A DNA stretch of 64,000 nt from Saccostrea echinata (taxonomy: Eukaryota). Below, in pieces: positions 1 to 12,830 of this stretch. The notes under the pieces were generated by a model, which saw only the letters and a program-made list of their open reading frames with translations, had not been told where the DNA came from and searched no databases. The stretch is taken from assembly GCF_033153115.1 (NCBI RefSeq), contig NW_026889789.1, positions 1,612,001 through 1,676,000 on the forward strand. The letters run 5' to 3'. Position numbers and translations under genes: made by a program. Within the stretch, counting starts at the first letter, position 1. The number at the start of each line of letters is the position of its first letter.

Positions 1-513
1 TTTTAACTGGTAAATATAAATATTTTTACCATACTATATACACAAATTGAAATAAATATCAATCGAGATGCTTGTACACATATAATAGGAGATATCGAAC
101 ATGGATACGTACTTGCACACTATCAAATAAAAAGATAAATTTTACGATATCCAAATATTCTTAGATTCAAAAGTAGAGATTGCCATATTTCCGAGTTGGT
201 CGAATTGACCAAGGAGCCAGTTGTCTTATGGGCGACACGTCTGGCACTCTGCAGGGAAAAGACCACTAATTATTTTCCCATAGAACTCTATAAAAAACCT
301 TTTGCTCTCTCAGTACTATACTGATTTCATTTCAGACAAACCCTTGGCATCATTTTAAACTTTATTCTAAGCGCTTATAAAAAAAAAAAAAAAAGCCCGG
401 AAAAAATATAGGGTCCCATGGCGTTTATAGGTCAAAATTGCAGTTGTTTACAACTTACAGCGATCCGCAGTAAATGACTCTCTGCCAAAAATATCATTCC
501 CCACTCCTACAGT

Positions 514-716
514 CTTCCCTGGTATTTCTATACTTCCTGTAATATTCCTACATTCTATCATTTATTATAAACATTAATATTTTTACTTTAAAATGTAAAA
601 AAAAAATATACCTCAATTCAGCCAATCAGGTAACGCCTACCCCTTCAATACTCTATACAACATTCCATCGCAAACAAAGCCACGTGTTCATCCGGGGATT
701 TGGTGCTCTCATTCCT
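514..716. repeat. ~200-bp direct repeat, copy 1 (copy 2 at ~2367-2577)
   Basis: cttccctg.tatttctatacttcctgtaatattcctacatt...agccaat.aggtaacgcctaccccttcaatactctatacaacattccatcgcaaacaaagccacgtgttcatccg.ggatttggtgctctcattcct occurs twice, near-identical. Confidence 0.9.
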
Positions 717-2366
717 ATACTTACTTATTTACCTATCCCAGAATTAGTCACTTTCGTAATTTTAAAATACCATATACTTATCAATGTATATGTATGAAAT
801 TTGAGGCCTGTCACTTCAGTGTCTTGGAAGGTGTGACAATCTTAATTAATTAATGGATTCTACCAAGAATTTGAAAAAAGCTCCAAAATTTGATAAATCA
901 TAGCTAATTAATAAGCAAAATTGAAAGGTTTTAAAAAGACTCATTCAAAGTTTTTTTTTTTTATGCTTATGAAAAGTAAATTATTTAAGACTTTGATATA
1001 CAAACTGATTCTTATCTAACCCCTCCTGTTGCTTAAGTGTGTGCAAAATAGTCCCCCCCCCCCCCCAGTGAAAGACACTTAGAGAAATAGCAGGTGTCCC
1101 CTATTATATTTGTTTACAATTCATTAGGACAAGACAAAATTAATCTTTTTGATCACAAATTGAAGTTCAGTATATGTAGTCTTAAACAGTACAATCATAA
1201 GCTACATTATTGAAATTTATGCCTAGAAAAGGGGAATTCAGATCAATTTTTAAAAAATCAAGAAATGCAATAATTATGACTTCAAACCCCAAAATGTACT
1301 ACACAATAAGAGGCTGGAAAGTTAGAAAATGTACAGAAAACTGTCCGACAAAATACATCAGGTGAATGTCGAGTCTCTGTCTTCTTCTTACATAGAGAAA
1401 ACGCTCATCCAAATCAGGTACCAAACTCTCCTAGAGCCAAGGAAGCTGATCATGAAAGATGAAAGTCCTCTACAGTGCTTAAATGAAAATAAATCAGAAA
1501 AAAATAGTCAAATTAAGCCTAAAGCATTTATTGAACCGCAATATTTTTTTTAATTTTCTATAAAAAAAAAATAACAATTTACATATCTTCTACCTAGCTG
1601 AATATTTTAAAAAATGGGCCCTCCAAGGGTGGGGTACATGTTATACAATATTATATGTAATTACATGTAAATACATTTAAGGTCTAATCTGATACAAAGA
1701 GATTTGAGACATTCCAATAATTCATGAAAAATGAGAAGCCCATGTTCTCAACAATAAAGAGTTCATTATGTTGAAATTCTGCATGTCTGGTTAGTAAGTC
1801 TAAGGGAAGTAACTCTAAATCCAGACACTGGAAAGCAGTAGAAAATGAGTTACAGAGGGCCACCCTGATGAAAAAACATGCAGCAAGAAAGGGAAATACA
1901 GACCTTTGTGTATATACAACAACGAAACAACTTCACTACAAATTCATCACCCTGCAGTCCAAGGGAAGCAATCCAGAGGATCACACGCACTACCAGACAA
2001 GAGATGTCAAGACAGAACATTGTGCTCCTTTCACATGACCACCAAAAATGCCCTTTTAAAGTTCACCAGAATTATTCGAAAAGATACCGAAAGTGCAATC
2101 GTTATAGAAACGTAAAAAACAACCACCAGGTCACAGTCCCTACAATTGCACACATGCATATATATAGAGCATAACACATAAATACACTCATGTACATTCA
2201 TAATAAATGCATACGTACATACATACATAAACATATTTATACATACATACAAATATTCATCATAAGAGCAATCTGATGCACTCTATTAACTAACTTCCTC
2301 CGGCAATATCTATCTAACCTTATACCAATTTCTATATTCTCACTTATCAATCCTCAATCCTAGAAT

Positions 2367-2577
2367 CTTCCCTGATATTTCTATACTTCCTGTAATATTC
2401 CTACATTCCATCATTCATTTCAAACATTAATATTTTTACTTTAAAATGTAAAAAAAAAAAAAAAATACATATCTCAATTCAGCCAATTAGGTAACGCCTA
2501 CCCCTTCAATACTCTATACAACATTCCATCGCAAACAAAGCCACGTGTTCATCCGAGGATTTGGTGCTCTCATTCCT
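2367..2577. repeat. ~200-bp direct repeat, copy 2
   Basis: Near-identical to 514-716. Confidence 0.9.
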
Positions 2578-3074
2578 GCATGCATGTGCTAGCTGTCTTC
2601 TCCAATAAACTCTGCTCGACTTTGCTAACGATTTTCTGTGCGGACCTCAGTGTCCACGCAATAATTAGCATTAAGATAGAACATGTGCATATCGTTCCTC
2701 TAATCCGTGGCTAAATTTTCTTTGACTTTGGTTTCATCCTAGTACGCTTCATTCTTTGTTTTTGTTTACGGAACTCTATATTTAGAAATCAGTTTACAAT
2801 TGCGAGTATTAACTGCCAGATCACCAGTTAATGATGTAGAATTAAATAATCGCCAGTCTTTATTTGTCAGATCACCAGTTAAAGAATATCAGCTTATACT
2901 AGAACTTCACTTCCGGCATACAAACTTAATGTGTCATCTCCCGAGGGAGTTGACAATAAAATTAGATCTAATGTTAGAATTAACATATGTTTATTTTTCT
3001 TTTTGTTTCATTTTTTTCCGTTTCTTTTCTTCATCCACTGCATAGTTGAAAATTATTCTCAACTTGACTGACCA

Positions 3075-3890
3075 AAAATGTGTTATTACATTTTGCGTTG
3101 TTAGATTTGGCTTAATCTCGACGCAAAATGTAACAACACGAAAAGTAATATTCCAAAACTTGTGTTATTACATTTTGCGTTATTACATTATTATTGCGTT
3201 GATCTCGACGCAAAATGTAAAATTGCAAAATGTAATCATTCTAAAAAGTCTGTTTTTACATTTTGCGATATTTTAGGAATGACTCTAATTCTTGGCCAAA
3301 TTATTCAAGTATAACCTGGTTTGGGTCAGTTTACGCTTTATAATCCGCGAAGCTGACCCAAACCAGGTTATACTCGAATAATTTGGCCAAAAATTGGAGT
3401 CATTCCTTATAATTTAATTTTAAAATCATTAAATAACTATGGGTGTAAAATTTCGTTGCTTTTTATTAGTTCAAATTTGCCGCTCAATAGTACAACCGTA
3501 GTAACGGAAGTACCGGAAGTGATGGGAAGCAAGGGGAGATAAAAACTGATACATAGGCCTAGCAGTCTTGTTGTTTGTTTACATGTGGTAAGATCGAATT
3601 ATTGTTTGGTACAATTATTAAATCTGGAATTTTCCATGAATCCCGAGGACTGGAAATGAGAGGAATGATTCAGCTGGTTGTCGGGGGGGGGGGGGGGGGG
3701 GTCCCCATACCAAACCAAGTTATACAGAAATAATTTGTGTTCCTCTTTGGATATTAACCAATCAGAGGCTAGAATACAAACAAAATTAAATTATTACATT
3801 TTGTGTTGATCTCGACGCAAAATGAAATAACGCAAATGCAATATTCTTTGTTTATTACATTGTGCTTTGTTATTACATTTCGCATTGTAA
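3075..3890. mobile_element. Non-autonomous element with ttattacattttgcg subrepeats, interrupted by a palindromic element (perfect-looking hairpin 3275-3408, possibly Crypton-like)
   Basis: Repeated ttattacattttgcgtt/atctcgacgcaaaatg motifs on both sides; arms aggaatgactc.aatt.ttggccaaattattc.agtataacctggtttgggtcag / ctgacccaaaccaggttatactcgaataatttggccaaaaattggagtcattcct. Confidence 0.6.
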
Positions 3891-4644
3891 AACAACTTTC
3901 TATTCTCCATTCATCCTTTTTTAATCTCAGATTAAGTTAGTGTCGGTGTCATAGTTTGCCAGAATTTTATTTGAATGTTGTTCTTCTAGATGAACATACA
4001 AAGAAAAGTTTAAAGAAGATTTTGTTTGTAATGCACTCTGACGCTAAATGTTTAAGAGGAAAAGAAAGTCCAAGATGACTGTAGGGTTTAGTAAATTTAT
4101 AGACAATTTAGCTCCAAGCAGTGTTAATATGTGCTGTAGGTTATTCTTTTATTCGAGTATGGGAAGGAAGGTAAACCATCATCTTAAGAGCATACAATGG
4201 CTAAGGAGGTTTAGATGAAATTTTTAACTTATACATGTACAGGGTTGTTCGGAAAGTTCGGAGACCATCTCAATCTTCGTTATACTTTTTACAAGAAATT
4301 TGAAATGAACAAATTTTCAAATGTAAAAGTATGTATTATGTTTGAATTTTCATTCCATTTGATTTGATAGCTTATATAGATGCTATGTTATTTGATTTAA
4401 AATCAAATGTTTTGTAACCACGTAGCAAACTCAACAACATTGAAACGTCAAAAACAACATCGTCAAATATTTGGTCAGTTTACTAGCATAATCTCCTTGA
4501 TGTTTCATATCCATATATTTTTTTTTTACTCAGCTGAGCCAGGGGTGTAAGAGAACTTATGTTTAAACTTTTCATCGTCTTCTCTAAAATAACCGGTCAG
4601 TCAGACTTGTCGAACCTCACATTAACATAAGATACTAAACATAA

Positions 4645-4775
4645 AGATGAAATATGGAGATAACGAATAGAATTGTCTATTGAAACAATACAAATTAGAG
4701 GCAGAGCAAACATGGACCTCTGAAAAACATCAGAGGTGGGATCAGGTGCCATGAAGGAGTAAGCATCACCTCTAA
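4645..4775 (-). mobile_element. 3' end fragment of a Penelope-like (Naiad-type) retroelement
   Basis: gagcaaacatggacctctga...tcagaggtgggatcaggtgccatgaaggagtaagcatc matches the 3' motif at 40770-40880 and 42170-42275. Confidence 0.7.
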
Positions 4776-4827
4776 GCATATATATGATAACTAAAGCTAA
4801 AATTCTTCCTGATTGTGATCGTCTACT

Positions 4828-4973
4828 NNNNNNNNNNNNNNNNNNNNNNNNNNNNNNNNNNNNNNNNNNNNNNNNNNNNNNNNNNNNNNNNNNNNNNNNN
4901 NNNNNNNNNNNNNNNNNNNNNNNNNNNNNNNNNNNNNNNNNNNNNNNNNNNNNNNNNNNNNNNNNNNNNNNNN
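4828..4973. other. Assembly gap
   Basis: Run of N. Confidence 1.
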
Positions 4974-7900
4974 GTTCGTGAACATTAAGAAAATGAAAAT
5001 TTTCCGAGGGGTGGATAGCACGAACTATAGCTCTGCTAGACGCGAAATTTTCAGAATATAGAGAAATAGTTATTTTACCTTGTTACATTTATATAGGATA
5101 TATTTTAAACAGAAATATAATACTCTTAGATATACTTTTTATGTTATGTAAATCCAAGTCCGAATACTTTGCATTTGAATATTTTTTTTAATCGCGATCT
5201 TTAAGGGTCGCAGATTGTGTGCATGGCCTCGGGTTAAAATGTTAGAAACTTCAAAATAAAGTTTTGGTTGTCTATCTCTTATATGCATTGAAGCGGTACA
5301 AGGGACAAAAGCATTTAAAAAAAAAATGAAAACCCCATGTAAATGATAAAATTCTTTTGATGAAAAAAATTATTTACCTGAGTATGCCGAATACTTTAAG
5401 CACAGTTCCTTTCGCTTAACTATTCAATAGAACATACATTGACAAGGAATGAACAATACGCAGCCAAATACACTTTTCAACAAAGCAAGATACATAAAAA
5501 AGCGGATAGAAATAACAACAAGAAATAGAATGTAGTGCTTAACAATCACAAGTCATGATAAGCCAAATCACTGTCAAACATCGACCCTGTTGAAAAAAAT
5601 ATTAACATGAAAGTCAAACATGAGCTATTGATTAACAGATATTCAGTGAACGTCGGATATACCAAGTTTTAAGGTATTTAAAAAGTTGTAAATCCATCTC
5701 CTTTTGATGTGCCAACATTTTGCACAGGCGCACTTCCCTCCAGAAAGTTCATTCATAAAAAAAGTAGGTTAGTAAGTGTGGTAGGTCGCCTAGTCGGAAT
5801 GCTACGGTAAACCTTGTAAACCTTGTACACATGTTTACTAAAGGATCACGATGCGTGAAATGTGCTTCGTGCAAAGTACTAAAACTATGCAAAAAGTATT
5901 CATTTATAGATTCTTAAAAAAATTATATTTTCAATCGACGAACACTATCTGCATTTAGCAGTAAGCTTTAGCCATGTTTTGTTTCACTGATTGTTTATAG
6001 CTCCAGACTACATGTAATTACATGATTACCTTATTTGTTCTGCACATCGAAGTAAAATTATTTTATTCTTCGTTAGTTTTGCTCGAATTTGTACGATTGA
6101 ACCCCTGTGTATAGATACTCAATATCAGCCTAATGAGATTTTTTGGCAAAAAAAAATCTCATAGCAAAAGTACACATTTGAGCAAAATCGTCCATATCCA
6201 TGTAATTATAGGCAATTATAGTAACACTGAATTGCGAAAATGATAAATATATATTTTTGTACATTTCCCACCTTTTCTATCCAATCATAACTTGCCAACA
6301 GATACTATAATAAAGAATATTAAAGAATATGGAAGTCCGTTAATGTTATGGTGTAACAATTTTAAAGGAAACGTGCAGTCTAGAATGATTTCTCAATATT
6401 TAATTTCCTTTATTGTTAAATTCCTCTATCTACTATCATTTATTTCCATTTAGATAAATATTAAATAGACAGTAGAAATTGTGTATGAAGTGCCTTAATG
6501 CGCGTTAAAGTTGTCACTCTATCTATATATTTCCCATAAATCTCACGCTTAATGACAACCTGCTATCATGTCAGATTCAAGTTGTGAAAATGTCCCTAAA
6601 AAGTGTTTTCGATATCATTCTGAATATATACATGTATGTTATGAAGGAAATAAAATTTCACTGTGAATGTTTCTAATGAATCAGAATAAAGTAAAATAAG
6701 AGAAGGAATAAAAAAAGACATTCAGTTTTATCTCTTGAAAATAAATTGTTGATAAAACTCTACACTGCAAAGGTAGTATATCCAATTTACATTTAATTCA
6801 ATTTTTTTTTTATTAAAAGACAAAATAAATCTTACATAGTTGTATTTCTTTCTCTGATGAAAATATAAAAATCATGCCGCCCAACCTGGCTTATTTTGGA
6901 TGTGAGGGAATTCAATATTCTGCAACTGTATTTTTATTAAGCATTGACTGGATAAATGTCAAATGTCGTCAGCACCCATAATAAGGATTTCTCGATGCTG
7001 CTCCATTTTAGCAATCATATCAAATTTACTGTAGTTATCAGCAGAGCACATTTTAAAGACGCTGCCTTCCTTTATAAATGAAATGTGATGTTCTGTATGC
7101 AGAAATTACACTTTTGACCTATAATGTTGCCTTTAAATGACGACCGTGACTGAAGCCTCAAGGTGCAAATACGTTTAAGTTGTATGTTTGGCGTGATTTG
7201 ACCATAAAAGTAATGACAATACTATTGACTTTATATATTAAATAACAAATATTCCAAGCACTTTTTTTAATCCAGGTTTATTAAAAAAAATGTCAAAAAT
7301 GTTCCAATTATTTGCTCATACGTTGTAAATAGTGACCTGCATGTACATATATCACGTAAGCATTATCTAAATATATCACAAAATTTGACTTTTCTATACA
7401 TGCATTTCTTCTTACGGGCACAAAGCTTAGCAAGAAATTACATTTGTACTAACAATTATATTTCTCCATCAGGCCTCATTGTGATTTAGCATTTTTACTT
7501 TTTTAAACACATTTTTGAAGTATATGATGGATAAGCAATTAAAATAGATATTTGACATGTATGGACCTCCATAGACGATACCCTACACGTGTCTGACTTG
7601 AACATATGTGCATTGTGTGGATTTTATCAGAACTTTGTTACTTTTAAATGGTAGGTCAAGAAAATGCACATGTACTGCATCATTAGACAAGCATATGTTA
7701 ATTATTCTTTTAAAAAGTTTTCATATAGAGACAAAAAATAATGAAAACAATGTTTGTGATCTCAAGCGTCCTAAATTTTAAGCCTTAGTGCAACAGTCTA
7801 GCATTTTAACGTTCTGAATTTTATCCTGCTGAAAAAGTTATTATCGATTTTAAATAAAATGTGAAAGTGCCAAACAGAAAAAAAAATCTAATCTTGTATT

Positions 7901-8165
7901 TCGGCATCCGGATGCACATTCAAAATAGGGTGATGAAGCAGTATACTTGTAATCAAACACATATCCCTTTTCATTTAACTGTCTACAATTCAAACGCTGC
8001 AATCTTTCATTGTTACATATACCTGAGTATAAGCATAAGCATCTTTTACAAAGAATTTTTTAATCATCTCTTCTAATATTAATCAAAATAATAATAATAG
8101 AAATAAGACATGAAAGGTTGCACATCTAGTAATTAAATCCTGTATTTACAGTTCACTGTGTAGGG

Positions 8166-8788
8166 AAGCTGCAATAATAGCCCTCTGGGATATTTATATC
8201 TGATATTTTCAGGAGAGGGCTACATTCCACGGATCTCTGTAATGGTGCAATTATATTTTGGGATACAGCTGACTTCAGGGAATTAAATTGACTTCGCTAT
8301 ATATCAACTTCCTTTTAATTTTGAATTTTGATTCACTATCATTAACGAAGCCTCTATACGCTAAAACAAGGTAAAACAAAACTGCATGTTTAAAGATCGT
8401 TTTCCTCAGCAGCCATGCATGTAACAGTTCTCGACTGATTTACTGAGACTTGAATTCTCATCGGTTGTCCCAAAATAAAATCGATCAAGGTCAGTAAACA
8501 TGGCAGATAAATTCATGTTGTGATGTTTATATACACAAAAAATAACTGATATCTGGATTATTCTGTATAGTTTTGGATCAACTCATGTACTGTGTAACTA
8601 CATTTTTTTTTTAAGTTCAGGTAGAAATGTTAATTAAAAAAGCCACTTACTGATGATTTCCGCAGAAATCCGAGTGGGAGTGAGTATTTTTGGCACTTGC
8701 ACCATTACGGAGATCCTAAGGAGTTGTAGCCCTCTCACAAAAATAAATAAATAAATAAAATTGGGATAGGGCTACATTATTGCAGCTA
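8166..8788. mobile_element. Long-TIR MITE with 9-bp TSD (MULE- or AcademH-like)
   Basis: Arms agctgcaataat-agccct...gagagggctaca...ggatctc.gtaatggtgcaa / ttgcaccattacggagatcc...tgtagccctctc...agggctacattattgcagct; flanks tgtgtaggg / tgtgtagag. Confidence 0.7.
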
Positions 8789-11285
8789 TGTGTAGAGCTG
8801 TAAACACAGATGAAAATAAAATTTTCTGCAATTTATTTTTCATAAATCAAGATCATAATAACAGTTAATTTATATCTTATATATATATAATTAATATATG
8901 ATATATAACATGGTTTTAAACAGATAGTTTTAAATTCATCACAATATCTTCACACCTTGTTTCCCCATGCATGTTGCCAGTCACGTTGAATTTTATTACC
9001 CACCTTAACGAGTTGTTGTCACTGTAAACACCTTGAAATCATGTTTCTTTTTCGGACACAATATATATAACCCAAAAATATATATTTACATATCCTTTTT
9101 TCACGTCACGTTTGTTCTAGTAGCAATGACACAAGGAATTTCACATGACAAATGACAGCACTGAAATACCTCACAAAAATTATTCTAAAAAATGCAATGT
9201 ATTGCGCGCGCATAGAAATGTTTACCTTTCCCGGATGTTGTTACACAAAAAGAAGGCACTTGTTCTGCAATCAGTCTTACCAAAATTCAAACACAAATCT
9301 GACATCTTTGTTGTTCTTACCAGCATACAGTTATCACCGAAGCTTGATTAACTCTGTATATATGTTTGATTAATTTTCATATGTGTGTCACTACGGTGTT
9401 TCCCCTGACACACTAAGGCATTTATAACAGCATTCAACAGACCGTGGAAATTAATGCTGCATCGTATCGACTGTCATTGTCCTTTTTCATTGGTTTTCTG
9501 CGTCTAATTTGACGCAGTTCTCGTGTCCTATTTACCCGACTACTGGAGCGAAGAAGAATAGAAGTTTAAAACCCAGTGCCTCATATAGAAACATTCATTC
9601 CTTTTTATTTTTATTTTCTTCGGCTATACTCGTCAAAGAACGGATAAGACTTTTAAAAAAATCATAGTAAATGTGAATTTAAAAAAATATTATTTGGAAA
9701 ATTCATGATTTCTTTTTTAACCATTAAAAAAATCAAAGCACAAACACTGTTCATTATTGAATATATACAAGTAAACACTTCCTGTTAAATACCTTGTCCG
9801 TCTGATATACGCCTAGCACTGCTTCTCTGCCCTTGATTCGAGTCGCTGCCGCTAGGAATTACGGTTCGCCCGTTAACCAATGTCAGTGTACCAGTCTAAT
9901 ATACGCCATATTTGCGATAAAGAAATAGTTCCTTCAAAGATATTTAACTGTGAAAAAACAAGTCGTTTATTGCGGCTGAGATTAATTTTAATTTCATACC
10001 TTTTTCATATTATGTGATTGGAACTTTTTTCGAAAAATTGATGGTCATTAATGGATGTACCTTTTTCAAAATTGTAAATATTTCCGAAAACTGGACCTGC
10101 GACTGCGCGTATGGATAACAAATGAAGTTTGTTGGGTTTTTTTAATTGGTTATCACCAAGCATTTTACACTAAGAACACCAATTTCAAAATCACCTTCAG
10201 TTTTATAGGAGTTTTCATTGTCTTTTGATTTGTTTTCTTTTTAAATAAAACTGGAAAAGAAACATGAATATCAAGCCGTTTTATTCTTTTTATAGGCCAA
10301 ATTTTAAAAATATGAAGAAAAAATCATTAAGATTATACGTATATGTGACTGTTAACAAAATAATATCATCAAAATTACTATTTTCTATGAACATGAATTG
10401 TACGTCATTATCATGATAGAAAATTATTAAAAGGGTCAATCATGACGGTGAATTACTATAATATATTCCACACACACACACACACACACATACGTGTATG
10501 ACGTGCCGACTGAACACCTTAACTTCCCACATGCAAATGGACACTTTTTATAAAATAGAGTTAGAAGGCAGAAATGTTAATTTTTTAACTAAAAATAACA
10601 ACTAAACATTATATCAGACCTGATATGTATCAAAAAAGGTTTATTTCATTCCTTGATTTTTCACTTACCAAGTGAACACTAAACTGATTCACAACCAATT
10701 GAACACTTTCATTCACACACTATCAACTGAACACTTCTAAGGCACACAGTCAACTGAGCACGTCTGACACACACTGTCATCTAAACACGTATAATACACA
10801 CAGTCAACTAAGCACATTTAGCACACACACAGTCAACTTATCACCACTGATACACACGATCAACTGAGCACGTCTGACACACACTGTCATCTAAACACAT
10901 GTAATGCACACCGTTAACTAAGCACGTTCAACACACACAGCCAAGTATTCACTTCTTAAATACTTGTACATGGTTAACTGTGCACCTCCAACACACTGTC
11001 AAACACACAATCAAATAACCACATCTGATACACACAGTCAACTAATTAAAAGCATCTTAAACATACAATGAACAATACCATCTCCAGAAAAAACAACCTA
11101 GCAAGATAGAAATATTAAGTCGATCTGCCTCGTTAACATAGTCAGGTATACATGTAAATGCTCTTTATGGACAAGATTTTTTTTTAAATGAAAAAAACAA
11201 TTTAACAAGATAGAAATATTAAGTCGATCTGACTCGTTAACATAGTCAGGTATACATGTAAATATTCTTTATGAACAAGATTTAA

Positions 11286-11489
11286 AGAGGCTGGAGGTTG
11301 TGGCCATTTTTAGACTATATTGATCTCCTTTAGAAGAAGAGCTCCATATGAAGATATAGAAAATGATCAAATTTTAAAACTAAAATTTTTGAAATTTTTC
11401 TTTGCCAAATGATAGTTGACAGCTTAAGATATCATATCTAAAAAATTAAGTTAAATCTGGTGGTTAATTTGTTGACCCCCCCAGCCTCC
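11286..11489. mobile_element. Small TTAA-flanked MITE (Kolobok-like)
   Basis: ttaa-agaggctggagg ... cccccagcctcc-ttaa. Confidence 0.65.
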
Positions 11490-12069
11490 TTAACGCATCC
11501 CGGAATTCATGCATGATCACCGATGAACCGAATCGTACAAACAAGTGTCCACTCGTGTTTTGGTTTCTCATGGTGAGAACACTTACAGCGGAAAACGTTT
11601 AATCTTGCAATTGAAGCACAATAATATCAATAGAAATGAATCTTTTTTGAGAATTTACTTTGGAAAAGTCCATTAATTCATCTTATTCTGAATTTTAGCA
11701 CAGCCAAGAATTGTAAATAAACATATTTTGAAATATTGTAAATATATAGATATATTAGGAAAGGTTCTACTTTCTCATTTTTCCGTTTGTCCACCTTTCA
11801 TTCACCGTGCGTTCAACGTCCTCTCACCATGAGCTCATCATGCGCTCAATGTTCACAGTTTTGCGTTCAGCGTTCACCAATCGCTCGCGTTAACCGATTT
11901 ACAAAGCATTGTTTTGAACATATTTTATTGAGTACATCAAACGGATTGGAAGCAAGTTCTTATAACTTACTATTTTCTCTCCTTATGTATTACATTATGT
12001 CATGCAAATTAAAGAAAAATAATACAATTGATACAAGTGAAAAAGCAATTGAATAACATATCAACTAGA

Positions 12070-12830
12070 TAATCTACATGTTTCGTCAATAAATTTATGA
12101 TCAGCAGCAAATATACTATTATTCATCTGCATGCAAAAAAGAAATGTTACACATCTTCATGTTTTCCACATGAACATAATGGACTATTAATAATTTCTTT
12201 TATATGGATCATACTTTAGTAAACACTCTACAGTAATATTGTAGCTTAGTATGAATGATATTGGTATCTCGCTTACCGAAAGAAAAGTACGATGGTGGTT
12301 TTTTAATTTTTTGTTATCAAGTTTTTTTTCTTCAAAATGTATTTATTGAGATGGCTTTTCTGACCTCTGTTTTTAATAAATCCCATTGATTTGCAGAATC
12401 AGGTACGACGGAATTTCTAAATAATTCTAATCTACATCTCGGAACTATATAATCTTGTTTGTCACGGGTATTGTATATGGATACATGATCACGCTTTTTG
12501 GAAACACTTTTGTGCAAATATTCAGGCACTCTCCCCTGTGAATTTTGAATATAGTAGTCATTTTTGCAATATATCGCCTGATCTTTTAAGCTTCCCAACC
12601 AGTTTCAGAATAAAGTGCTTCTCTAGACACAAAAATAGGAAGTCCTGTTACAATTCTAGCGGCGGTAAGTTGTACTTTTTCAAGCTTTTCAGAATATTGT
12701 TTAGAGCAGCCATCCCAAACTACTCAAGCATATTCAAGCATAAGTCTGATAAATTAAAAATACAATTTTGATAAGTTTTTCCTACCTATTTTGAACTTCA
12801 CTTTTTTTAAAGGCCAAGTTTTTATTTACA
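12070..12830 (-). mobile_element. Degenerate CR1-like LINE, 3' part of ORF2
   Basis: ORF 12332-12598 contains YNTRDKQDYIVPRCRLELFRNSVVPDSANQWDLL, typical of the CR1/L2-clade post-RT region; shares 3' sequence with 15330-15400. Confidence 0.75.

Noticed and set aside
1329-2252. Short ORFs in the track
   Set aside because: No recognisable motifs or consistent splice partners; partly microsatellite-derived
4784-5021. ORFs spanning N runs (also 23288-23673) and homopolymer ORFs (45066, 49394, 18214)
   Set aside because: Artefacts of gaps and simple repeats
8646-8685. CTGATGA...GAAA as a second hammerhead
   Set aside because: gatttc/gaaatc pair as a simple hairpin that sequesters the core; no stem II or NUH site in the right register
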